From: an uncultured Candidatus Saccharibacteria bacterium
GTDB lineage: Bacteria; Patescibacteriota; Minisyncoccia; Phycocordibacterales; CAIZLB01
Length of the DNA: 64,000 nt
NCBI GenBank assembly: GCA_964417855.1
Contig: CAYQJB010000001.1
Coordinates: 38,709-102,708, forward strand
Direction: 5' to 3'
A program made the translations under genes and the position numbers. How positions within the stretch are numbered: the first letter of the stretch is position 1; every line of letters begins with the position of its first letter. The notes beneath the pieces are model-generated. The model was not told the origin of the DNA. It made no database searches and saw only the letters and a list, made by a program, of their open reading frames with translations. Below, in pieces: positions 9,518-17,415 of this stretch.

Positions 9518-9863
9518 ATTCTATATAATACAAAGCTCCTAATACAAAGCTCCACAGGATACTACATATATTACTACGTATAATAAAGTATCTAATTTCA
9601 AATAGCTACCAAGAGCACAAGTTTGAATATTTAGAATTCTGTCAGAAATCAAAACAAGCCAGGTTGAACAACCTTATTATTACCCTTGACAATAAACATA
9701 TTCCATAATATAATATGAAAAGAGTTACCGCCGAATACTCCACTAGGTAAAAGGGTGTCATCGAACCCGAGTCACCTGTGTGGGTTACTCGTTTGACATC
9801 TGGGCTTGTGCCACGTCACCTGAAAGTGATGAAAAAGTACTTAGATTCTAGGCATACACAAAA

Positions 9864-10487
9864 ATGACGACTAACCAAAAAAAACTGATTGAAAAGACAG
9901 GCGGACTATTTGGGAGGATCAATGCTGTTGTGCACCCAAATGACAAAGGCATTATCTTCAAGGTAAATGCGGAAGACTGTTTGCAAGAGGCAAGAAGCTG
10001 GAACCAAATCAAAATTGTCCTGTTGATGATTACTTCATTAGCAATTGCAGCTGTGATTGTGGACTTTGGTCTGCCGTTGTGGTATTTGCTGCCTGGCACC
10101 ATTATCATTGGAACGATGATGGGCAAGTTCGATAAAAAGAACAACAAAATGAGGCTCATCATCGGCCTAGCCAAGAAGTGGTCTCCTAATCGGAGAAAAC
10201 TTTTGCAGCTTACGAAGGGGGTCACCATTCCCGCTGTACAGCAGGAATATACTGACGACGCCGACCTGCGTGCCTACCTAATGGAACCACTGTTCAAGAC
10301 GATTGCAAATGCAATCGCCTACAAGGTGGTCAAAATTGAGAGTCTGACTGGTGAATCAAAACACCCCAAGGAAGACAAGAAACGAAAGGAACTGAATGAG
10401 TTGGCTGGGGCCTTCAATATGTCAATTCCGTGGACGGAGATCTTCAAGGAATCCGTTAGTATATTCGGGAAGCGTGAGAGGATTTAA
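9864..10487 (+). CDS. hypothetical protein with two TM helices; GC-richer than surroundings
   Basis: ORF. Local GC approx 43-50% by hand count against approx 32% background. Has its own GC-rich terminator. Confidence 0.5.
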   Translation: MTTNQKKLIEKTGGLFGRINAVVHPNDKGIIFKVNAEDCLQEARSWNQIKIVLLMITSLAIAAVIVDFGLPLWYLLPGTIIIGTMMGKFDKKNNKMRLIIGLAKKWSPNRRKLLQLTKGVTIPAVQQEYTDDADLRAYLMEPLFKTIANAIAYKVVKIESLTGESKHPKEDKKRKELNELAGAFNMSIPWTEIFKESVSIFGKRERI

Positions 10488-10514
10488 CCACCCTCTTCAA
10501 TCCAGACCAAACCC

Positions 10515-10546
10515 AACCGCGACGCACAGTGCGCCGCGGTTTTTTA
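10515..10546 (+). terminator. GC-rich intrinsic terminator CCGCGACGCACAGTGCGCCGCGG plus TTTTTT
   Basis: Read directly, just after the stop of 9864-10487. Confidence 0.75.
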
Positions 10547-10665
10547 ATTTCTCAGTTTTTGGTCCATTGATTTTAGCCAAAAAATATCAGTTCAAAAGAG
10601 ACCGTCTAAAATACTTGGTTGCTGGTCTGAAAAATGATAGAATCATAAGACTACACATACATAAC

Positions 10666-11310
10666 ATGAATCAAATAAACCCAAAAAATTTAGCGTATTT
10701 AAAAAGTAAGACCTACACTATCGCTATACTAGATAGTGCAATTTTTCTCGGACTCGCGCTTGTTGCAAATTTCTTTGCGGGAAGATTTGCAACATTTAAA
10801 GCCGGAAATTCAGTGAATGATATAGTACTTAGTAATATTCCAGTTTATGATGTTCACAATATCTTCATCTACGGACCAATTGTAATGTGGGCTGTATTAC
10901 TTGTTTACTGCTTTAACAAACCTCACAAAATTCCCTTCATATTAAAAAGTATCGCTATTTTTATATTAATTAGAAGTACCTTCGTTTCGCTTACTCATAT
11001 TGGACCATTTCCAGATAGATTAATAATCGGACTTGACGGAGCAAACTGGATGAGGTTATTCACATTTGGTGGAGATCTTTTCTTCTCGGCCCACACAGGA
11101 CTTCCCTTTTTACTAGCCTTAATTTTCTGGAAAGAGAAAGCTCTTAGAATAGTTTTCATTGCAACATCTGTTTTCTTTGGAATTATAGTTTTAATGGGTC
11201 ACCTTCACTATTCAATAGATGTTCTATCGGCGTTCTTTATTACCTACTCAATTTACTGTATATCAAAGTGGATGTTCAAGAACGATTTCGCAATGTTTGA
11301 ATTGAAATAG
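10666..11310 (+). CDS. PAP2-superfamily-like integral membrane protein
   Basis: FFSAHTG and GHLHYSIDVL resemble PAP2 motifs C2/C3. The track ORF 10396-11310 runs through the upstream terminator, so the internal ATG at 10666 was chosen. Confidence 0.45.
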   Translation: MNQINPKNLAYLKSKTYTIAILDSAIFLGLALVANFFAGRFATFKAGNSVNDIVLSNIPVYDVHNIFIYGPIVMWAVLLVYCFNKPHKIPFILKSIAIFILIRSTFVSLTHIGPFPDRLIIGLDGANWMRLFTFGGDLFFSAHTGLPFLLALIFWKEKALRIVFIATSVFFGIIVLMGHLHYSIDVLSAFFITYSIYCISKWMFKNDFAMFELK

Positions 11311-11334
11311 TCTAAGTATCCACAACTAATATAC

Positions 11335-11374
11335 AAAAAAACCTGTAGTAAACTTTAATACTACAGGTTTTTTA
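11335..11374. terminator. bidirectional terminator AAAAAACCTGTAGTA-N7-TACTACAGGTTTTTT
   Basis: Read directly, between convergent genes. Confidence 0.75.
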
Positions 11375-11390
11375 TATTCGCAGCCCTGAA

Positions 11391-13148
11391 CTATAGACTA
11401 ATAATTGTCTTCAAAAACTCTGTAAACAAAGGATGCGGATCAAGTGGTCTTGCAAGAAACTCAGGATGAAACTGTGTACCCAAGAAAAATGGGTGTTCAC
11501 TTTTTGGAAGTTCTGCAATTTCCATCAGCTTACCATTTGGAGACTTTCCAGAAAATACTAACCCAGCAGTCCTTATCTCCTCAACATATTCAGGATTAAC
11601 CTCATATCTATGTCTATGTCTTTCAATAACCTCATCTTCGCCATATGCTTTGTGTGCAATTGTCCCCTTCTCTATGTGAGCTTCGTATGCACCAAGTCTC
11701 ATCGATGCGCCATAATGACCATTGTCTAATTTAATCTTCTGATCAGGCATTATATCAATAACCACATGTTCTGCTTTAGGATTAATCTCAGCAGTATTTG
11801 CGTCTTTCCAACCTAAAACATTTCTAGCGTATTCAATTACCAGAAGCTGCATTCCATAACAAAGACCAAAGTATGGAATCTTGTTTAATCGAGCAAATTC
11901 TATGGTACTAATTAAGCCTTCAATTCCAGAATTTCCAAACCCGCCTGGAACGATTATTCCATCGTAATCTTTAAGACTTTTAATTGTCTTTGGGTCCTTC
12001 TCAAAATCCTTAGAATTTAACCACGATAATTTAACCTTAATCCCCAACTTATATGCAGAAAACTTAATTGCTTCAATAACAGAAACGTAGGCATCAGAAA
12101 AGACAAAATCTCCTGAGTCAAAATACTTTCCAACTACCGCAATTTTTAATGTTTTCTTTCCACTTTTTCCATCATCATTTTTTACAGCATCGCTCGCTGC
12201 TTTTACTTTTGAAACAAAACCCTTCCATGCTTTCATGTCTGTATTTCTATGTTCCAAGGAAAGCTCTCTAATTATCATCTCTCCAAGTTGATCCTTTTCA
12301 AAGTTGATAGGAACATCGTAAATGCTATCTATGTCAGGCGCTGATATTATATTATCAACGGGCACACTACATGAGAAAGCAATTTTCTCTTTTCTCTTTT
12401 TATCTACTGGAACTTCACTTCTTGCAACGATAAAATCTGCATGAACTCCATATGAGTTTAATTGTCTAATAGCATTTTGAGTTGGCTTACTTTTCATTTC
12501 TCCAATCTTGTTTGGAATTGGCATATAGGAAACCAAAATAAATACAACATCTTTTGGATGTCTAAGTTTCATTACACGAGCCGCTTCAATAAACATAATG
12601 TTTTGATAGTCGCCAACAGTTCCACCAATTTCAACAACTGTTATGTCAGAATCATTCATCTTTCCAGAAGCTTCATATCTATTTACAATTTCGTCTCTAA
12701 TATTATCTGCATCAATACACTTTCCACCAAAGCCAAGTGCACGCTCTTTATCTATAACATATTTATATACCATTCCAGATGTCATATAATCTTCCTTCTT
12801 TAATGATCGATTAAGAAATCTCTCATAGTTTCCCATATCTTGATCAGTTTCAAGTCCTGAGTCCATAACAAAAACCTCACCATGCTCGGTGGGGTTCATA
12901 GTACCCGCATCTACGTTTAGATACGGATCAACTTTCATTATATTTATTTTGTATCCTTTAGCCTCAAGTATAGTACCAATTGACGATGTAGTGATTCCCT
13001 TTCCTACTCCTGACATAACCCCTCCAATTACGAATATGTATTTATGCTTATCTACTATTTTTTTGTCTTTAGCCACTTTATCTGTTTTACTTGTTTTTAT
13101 CTGTTTTTTTGCGATTTTGTTTGTTTTGTTGATTTTGGAATTGGGCAT
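11391..13148 (-). CDS. pyrG: CTP synthase with Lys-rich approx 35-aa N-terminal extension
   Basis: YIFVIGGVMSGVGKGI P-loop region and glutamine amidotransferase domain with GLCYGMQ catalytic Cys. Confidence 0.9.
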   Translation of the reverse strand: MPNSKINKTNKIAKKQIKTSKTDKVAKDKKIVDKHKYIFVIGGVMSGVGKGITTSSIGTILEAKGYKINIMKVDPYLNVDAGTMNPTEHGEVFVMDSGLETDQDMGNYERFLNRSLKKEDYMTSGMVYKYVIDKERALGFGGKCIDADNIRDEIVNRYEASGKMNDSDITVVEIGGTVGDYQNIMFIEAARVMKLRHPKDVVFILVSYMPIPNKIGEMKSKPTQNAIRQLNSYGVHADFIVARSEVPVDKKRKEKIAFSCSVPVDNIISAPDIDSIYDVPINFEKDQLGEMIIRELSLEHRNTDMKAWKGFVSKVKAASDAVKNDDGKSGKKTLKIAVVGKYFDSGDFVFSDAYVSVIEAIKFSAYKLGIKVKLSWLNSKDFEKDPKTIKSLKDYDGIIVPGGFGNSGIEGLISTIEFARLNKIPYFGLCYGMQLLVIEYARNVLGWKDANTAEINPKAEHVVIDIMPDQKIKLDNGHYGASMRLGAYEAHIEKGTIAHKAYGEDEVIERHRHRYEVNPEYVEEIRTAGLVFSGKSPNGKLMEIAELPKSEHPFFLGTQFHPEFLARPLDPHPLFTEFLKTIISL

Positions 13149-13224
13149 GGTTTCTCTTTATTTTAATATTTTTTGAGAATAATGCAAAAGGCGTAAATAT
13201 GCTGTAAAATATAGACTGAATAAC

Positions 13225-15105
13225 ATGAAAAAATACATCAACTCAAATAGCATACTTGTCGTGACTATCTTGATTGCCCTCATAAGCTATGCCTTTCTAA
13301 GATCCACAGAATATAGGCAATATATTGATACGATTATTGTATCCATAACAATTATAGGTTCCCTTCCTATAGCCTATAATCTAATAATTTCCATATACAA
13401 AAAACAGTTTGGAGTGGATCTTATCGCTCTTTTTGCAATTATAGCAACGCTTTTGACCAACGAGCATCTCGCTGGTGCAATTATTCTTTTAATGCTTTCT
13501 ACTGGAGTTTTTCTTGAAAAATATGCAGAAGGCCAAGCAAAAAATGCACTGGAAAATCTATTAAGATACGCCCCCACAAAGGCACATAGAGTTATAAAAG
13601 GTACAACAAATTTTGAGGATATAACTGTTCAAGAAATTAAAATTGGTGACACACTACTTATTAAACGAGGAGAAATTATGCCCGTCGATGGCGTTGTTGT
13701 TTCAGGAGTATCTTCAATTGATGAATCTATTGTTACCGGAGAACCAATGCCAAGGAGTGTTAAACCGAGTTCAAAGGTTTGGAGTGGTACTACAAATACA
13801 GTTGATGTAATTTATATTAAGTCTACAACAAATTATGAACAAAGTACTTTCTCAGCAATCATCAGATTAGTAGAAAGAGCTCAAGATGAAAAAGCTCCCA
13901 CAGTTAGGTTGGCAAACAAATTCAGTGTAGTCTTCACTGTCACGACTTTCATTATGGCTGGTATCGCATGGTACATTGATCCAAAACTAGTTGCAGCTGT
14001 TTTAGTTGTTGCAACACCCTGCCCTCTTATCCTAGCGGCGCCGATTGCTTTCATTGCTGGAATGAGTAGATCAGCAAAGAATGGAATTATAGTTAAGCAT
14101 GGTGGAGTGTTTGAATTAATTACAAAAGCGCATTCTTTCTTTTTCGATAAAACAGGCACGCTCACTTTTGGTGTACCTCAGGTGAATAAAATTATTATTT
14201 TGGATAATAGTTCTGATAAAGGTATATCAGCAAAAAAGTGGACCAAGGAGGAGGTCTTAGCACTCTCTGCTTCTGTTGAACAATTCTCTACACATATACT
14301 TTCACAAAGTATTGTAGCCCTTGCTAACACTCAAAAACTTGATTTATTTGTACCTGAAAAGTTTGAAGAAACATTAGGTCAGGGTATAAGTGGGATAGTT
14401 AAGACAAATAGTCATGAGGCTACAGTTGTTGACGGTAGAGCGTCCCTGTTAGAATCAAAAGGAATTACAATTAGCGGTGAGGCAAAAAGACTTGTCGCAG
14501 AAGCAAAGGCCACAGGGGAGATGGCAATATACATTGCGGTTAATAACAGAAATGTTGCAGTGATGACTTTCTCAGACAAAATAAGAAGTGACATTGCTGA
14601 TATTTTAGAAAAGATAAAAGAAACAGGAGCTGAAATTGTTTTGGTAACTGGCGACACTGAGGATAGGGCTCAAAAAATTGGTGAAGAATTAGGTTTTACG
14701 ATAATTGAAGCGAATTGTCTACCAGAACATAAGATGGATTTAATACAAAAATATGAAGCCGCTGGAAAGCCTGTAGTGATGATTGGTGATGGAGTTAATG
14801 ACGCACCAGCAATCGGACGAGCAAGCGTTGGTATTGCACTTGGATATCATGGAGCAACTGCATCGACGGATACAGCTGATGCAATAATTACCTCAGATGA
14901 TACAGCAAAGGTTTTAAAATTAATTCAGATTAGCCATAAGACAATGACCATTGCCATGCAGTCTATTTTTATTGGAATGGCATTAAGTTTAACAGCAATG
15001 GTTTTTGCTATATTTGGTTTTATAACTCCAATTTCAGGTGCGCTACTTCAGGAAGCGATTGATGTTTTGGTTATATTAAATGCTTTGCGTGCGCTGAGGA
15101 ATTAA
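13225..15105 (+). CDS. P-type cation-transporting ATPase (P1B-like, no N-terminal metal-binding domain)
   Basis: TGEP, DKTGTLT, GDGVNDAPA, and a TPCPL (CPx-like) motif in a TM helix. Confidence 0.8.
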   Translation: MKKYINSNSILVVTILIALISYAFLRSTEYRQYIDTIIVSITIIGSLPIAYNLIISIYKKQFGVDLIALFAIIATLLTNEHLAGAIILLMLSTGVFLEKYAEGQAKNALENLLRYAPTKAHRVIKGTTNFEDITVQEIKIGDTLLIKRGEIMPVDGVVVSGVSSIDESIVTGEPMPRSVKPSSKVWSGTTNTVDVIYIKSTTNYEQSTFSAIIRLVERAQDEKAPTVRLANKFSVVFTVTTFIMAGIAWYIDPKLVAAVLVVATPCPLILAAPIAFIAGMSRSAKNGIIVKHGGVFELITKAHSFFFDKTGTLTFGVPQVNKIIILDNSSDKGISAKKWTKEEVLALSASVEQFSTHILSQSIVALANTQKLDLFVPEKFEETLGQGISGIVKTNSHEATVVDGRASLLESKGITISGEAKRLVAEAKATGEMAIYIAVNNRNVAVMTFSDKIRSDIADILEKIKETGAEIVLVTGDTEDRAQKIGEELGFTIIEANCLPEHKMDLIQKYEAAGKPVVMIGDGVNDAPAIGRASVGIALGYHGATASTDTADAIITSDDTAKVLKLIQISHKTMTIAMQSIFIGMALSLTAMVFAIFGFITPISGALLQEAIDVLVILNALRALRN

Positions 15106-15165
15106 TACATATCACAATAGCCCAAAGACTACTTATAACGCTAATATTCGTAGAACCTGATTAAT

Positions 15166-15195
15166 TTGACACAAAAATATAATCCATGATAAACT
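15166..15195 (+). promoter_or_regulatory. sigma70-like element TTGACA-N18-TAAACT, antisense to the mazF-like gene 3' end
   Basis: Motif read directly. The same -10 context gaTAAACT..AGTAC recurs at 40720-40747. The same -35 context ttaatTTGACAC recurs at 15794. Confidence 0.35.
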
Positions 15196-15268
15196 GTAAG
15201 TACGTTTTGAGATTAACGTGCACAGTTGATCTTTTGATTCTGGTTTAGCAATGAACCAGATGACAATT

Positions 15269-15687
15269 TTAGGGAAGCTCAAGTAAAATCTTGAGTTTTT
15301 CTTTTACCTTATTTAAATCAGATAGGCTAAGTTCCCCTATTTTTACAGATAATCTCTTTTTATCAATCATGCGAATCTGATATAACATCACACATACAAC
15401 CTCATTGTTCAATCTGACGTTTGAAAACCATGTACCTTTTTTTGTTTGTAAGTCATCGGCAGCCCGATACACAGACTTGAGGATAATTTCTTAATTACTA
15501 AAATAGGACGTCTAAATACATCTCCTTTGCCAAACGACTCCTCCCCAACATTAATACCAACAGAACACCACCATACGTCACCCTCTCTAAAGTACATCAC
15601 CTGATTTTGATAATGTTCAGCAAATTGAATACTTTGTTTTTTACTATTCCAATCATTGTATTTCTCTATCTTTTTTTCTTTTTCCAT
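15269..15687 (-). pseudogene. MazF/EndoA (PemK)-family endoribonuclease toxin, split into two frames (15409-15687 and 15269-15472) at an A7 tract
   Basis: The two partial ORFs align collinearly with the intact 139-aa paralog at 40783-41202. The frame break is at CAAAAAAAG (15436-15442). Confidence 0.6.
15277..15305 (+). terminator. plus-strand hairpin CTCAAG-taaaat-CTTGAG plus TTTTTCTTTT, overlapping the stop of 15269-15687
   Basis: Read directly. The U-tract is on the plus-strand side only. Confidence 0.45.
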
Positions 15688-15723
15688 TCAACAAACATAA
15701 CAAATCACACCTATGATTTTCAT
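15688..15723 (-). CDS. mini-ORF MKIIGVICYVC; its stop TGA abuts the mazF ATG
   Basis: Hand translation. The first 9 codons resemble the N-terminus of NYN protein 15876-16391 (MKIAGVVCY). Confidence 0.3.
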   Translation of the reverse strand: MKIIGVICYVC

Positions 15724-15751
15724 AAAGAAATTCTAAATAAAACCATTAGTA
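15716..15751 (-). promoter_or_regulatory. conserved leader motif ATTTAGAATTTCTTTATGAAAAT (minus-strand reading), copy 1 of 3
   Basis: 33 of 36 nt identical to 16384-16419. A related copy lies at 41231-41264. Confidence 0.5.
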
Positions 15752-15793
15752 GATATAAAATATACCGATTGCCACCGATAGAATCCTATTAAT

Positions 15794-15821
15794 TTGACAC
15801 GAACGAGCGCCCTACTATATA
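15794..15821 (+). promoter_or_regulatory. sigma70-like element TTGACA-N16-TATATA, preceded by the tagaatcctattaatTTGACAC context
   Basis: 19 of 22 nt identical to 15151-15172. Confidence 0.3.
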
Positions 15822-15835
15822 CTATAAATACGCCA

Positions 15836-15884
15836 AAAAAGATCTTGTTAAGCCGCGTGCTTAATGAGAGCTTTTTTATTTTTC
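15836..15884. terminator. long imperfect hairpin (17-bp stem, one mismatch) AAAAGATCTTGTTAAGC-cgcgt-GCTTAATGAGAGCTTTT plus T-tract, at the NYN gene stop
   Basis: Read directly; bidirectional (A-tract before, T-tract after). Confidence 0.6.
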
Positions 15885-16391
15885 TAGATGACGCTTAATT
15901 TGTATCAAGTACATAAGCCTTAAGTATGATCTCTGTTTTATAAAAATCGATGTGCTTGATGGAGTCACCGCTATACATAAAACTAATTTACCCATATCAC
16001 GAGCGTAATCCATTAAGAAGACAAAGTTCCCATCACCTGATATTATTACTATTTTATCAACCAGACTTCTCTCCACGTCTAGTGTCATTCTGTTTGTTAG
16101 TTCAACGTCACAATTGGCTTTAATTCTACCTCCCTCCATAGATATTTGTTTTATGACTAATTCAACACGGTACTCATTGAGAGTATATTTAATATTTTCT
16201 AAATACAGGACATCACCGACAAAGAAAATTATTTTACAATCTTTATGTTTATCATAAAGATATTTAAAAAGCTTACCTAAATCTAAATTAAAATTTATTC
16301 TTTTTGCACACAGAATAACATTAGCTGCATCTATATATATTGAGGTTAATTTCACCCCTAGATGGTAGCAAACCACTCCTGCTATTTTCAT
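15876..16391 (-). CDS. NYN-domain (LabA/PIN-like) predicted RNase
   Basis: IYIDAANV N-terminus and IISGDGNFV (GDxDF-type) motif. Confidence 0.65.
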   Translation of the reverse strand: MKIAGVVCYHLGVKLTSIYIDAANVILCAKRINFNLDLGKLFKYLYDKHKDCKIIFFVGDVLYLENIKYTLNEYRVELVIKQISMEGGRIKANCDVELTNRMTLDVERSLVDKIVIISGDGNFVFLMDYARDMGKLVLCIAVTPSSTSIFIKQRSYLRLMYLIQIKRHLEK

Positions 16392-16419
16392 AAAGAAATT
16401 CTAAATAAAACCACTAGTA
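16384..16419 (-). promoter_or_regulatory. conserved leader motif, copy 2, overlapping the NYN start codon
   Basis: See 15716-15751. Confidence 0.5.
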
Positions 16420-16422
16420 AAA

Positions 16423-16644
16423 CTACTCCACTATATCCAAAATCTTAGACGGATGATGATGCCCTGTAACTATTCTAACTTTTGATCTAACAATCTTAAA
16501 TTCCCCAGCAAGCAATTCAATCATTCTTCTGTTGGCCCTATTCCCTTCCGCAGGTTCTTTTACATGAACAATAAAACTCGCATCATTCTTTTTAACGATT
16601 TTATCTTCCTTACTATCCGGCTTAATCTTTACGTGCATCAACAT
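16423..16644 (-). CDS. DUF167 (YggU/UPF0235) family small protein
   Basis: VHVKEPAEGNRANRRMIELLAGEFKIVRSKVRIVTGHHHPSKIL fits the DUF167 pattern. Confidence 0.55.
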   Translation of the reverse strand: MLMHVKIKPDSKEDKIVKKNDASFIVHVKEPAEGNRANRRMIELLAGEFKIVRSKVRIVTGHHHPSKILDIVE

Positions 16645-16656
16645 TTATTATTATTT

Positions 16657-16702
16657 TAGGTCAGGCGATTTTGGTCAAAGACCTAAATCGTGCGCCTAAC
16701 CT
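16657..16702. repeat. degenerate composite palindrome: GGTCAGGCGATTT / GGTCaaaGACC / AAATCGtgCGCCTaACC
   Basis: Shares the GGTCAGGC..GCCTGACC arms with the 28-bp palindrome family. Confidence 0.5.
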
Positions 16703-16709
16703 TAAATTA

Positions 16710-17285
16710 TTATTGCAATATCATACCCTTAACTTCAAAAGTCTTAACTGTTCTTACCGTGGGCTCAGCTGACATCGGCTCATCTGTGTTTCTATCAATG
16801 TAAACTAGCTCAATTTTACCATTCCTTATTTTAATACTTATTGGTTCAATTCTATCTCCTATAAAGATAGAGTTAGTATTTTTTATAACACCCGCGTTAT
16901 TCATTACAGAAACCACATAATAAAATAAACCAGTTCCTCCAGAGTCCTGTACCAAAAGTACAGCTGAGTCATTTTCCTTATCATTATTTAAGTCTCCAAT
17001 AGCTGGCTTATCAAACACAGTAGTTTCCAGCTTCTCGGCGGATCCAGGTACTATATCTGATGTCGATGTACCGTTGGCTAATGTAATTTTTTCACCTTCA
17101 ATATCATAAGAAAAATTTAAAGGGTCGAAGTTTAAATTACTCGTACTAGTTGCGCTCGTATTCACATTATCAAAATTATGAACTTCTTTTTTCTTGTTAC
17201 CCAACAAGTACCAGGCTCCAACAACTAGAATAATTATAAGTAAAATTATACCCAAATATTTATTTCCCTTAGTCTTTGTTTTCAT
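16710..17285 (-). CDS. hypothetical membrane-anchored exported protein
   Basis: N-terminal TM helix then a soluble domain. Confidence 0.4.
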   Translation of the reverse strand: MKTKTKGNKYLGIILLIIILVVGAWYLLGNKKKEVHNFDNVNTSATSTSNLNFDPLNFSYDIEGEKITLANGTSTSDIVPGSAEKLETTVFDKPAIGDLNNDKENDSAVLLVQDSGGTGLFYYVVSVMNNAGVIKNTNSIFIGDRIEPISIKIRNGKIELVYIDRNTDEPMSAEPTVRTVKTFEVKGMILQ

Positions 17286-17415
17286 ACGCTAATTATAGCA
17301 CCAAAAACGCAAACAAGAACTGCAACACCTGAATTTACAAATGCCATTTTATATATCAAAAAAATCCCACCTTTTAAAGATGGGATTTTTAGGTTAGCAT
17401 TTAAGCTATTGTAAT

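Noticed and set aside
9518-9863. Possible ECF-sigma autoregulatory promoter (GAAC..CGT) or small structured RNA in the 346-bp divergent intergenic region
   Set aside because: GAAC (9763) and CGT (9790) are 23 nt apart, too far for ECF consensus spacing. Repeated GTCACCTG motifs were seen but no convincing structure could be resolved by eye.
9848-10228. 126-aa minus-strand ORF
   Set aside because: Antisense overlap with 9864-10487, which has a proper terminator and coherent TM topology.
10396-10665. N-terminal 90 codons of track ORF 10396-11310
   Set aside because: This portion overlaps the 3' end of the previous gene and reads through its strong terminator. The in-frame ATG at 10666 gives a protein starting just before the first TM helix.
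12462-13176. Plus-strand ORFs 12462-12803 and 12889-13176
   Set aside because: Inside the pyrG coding sequence on the opposite strand.
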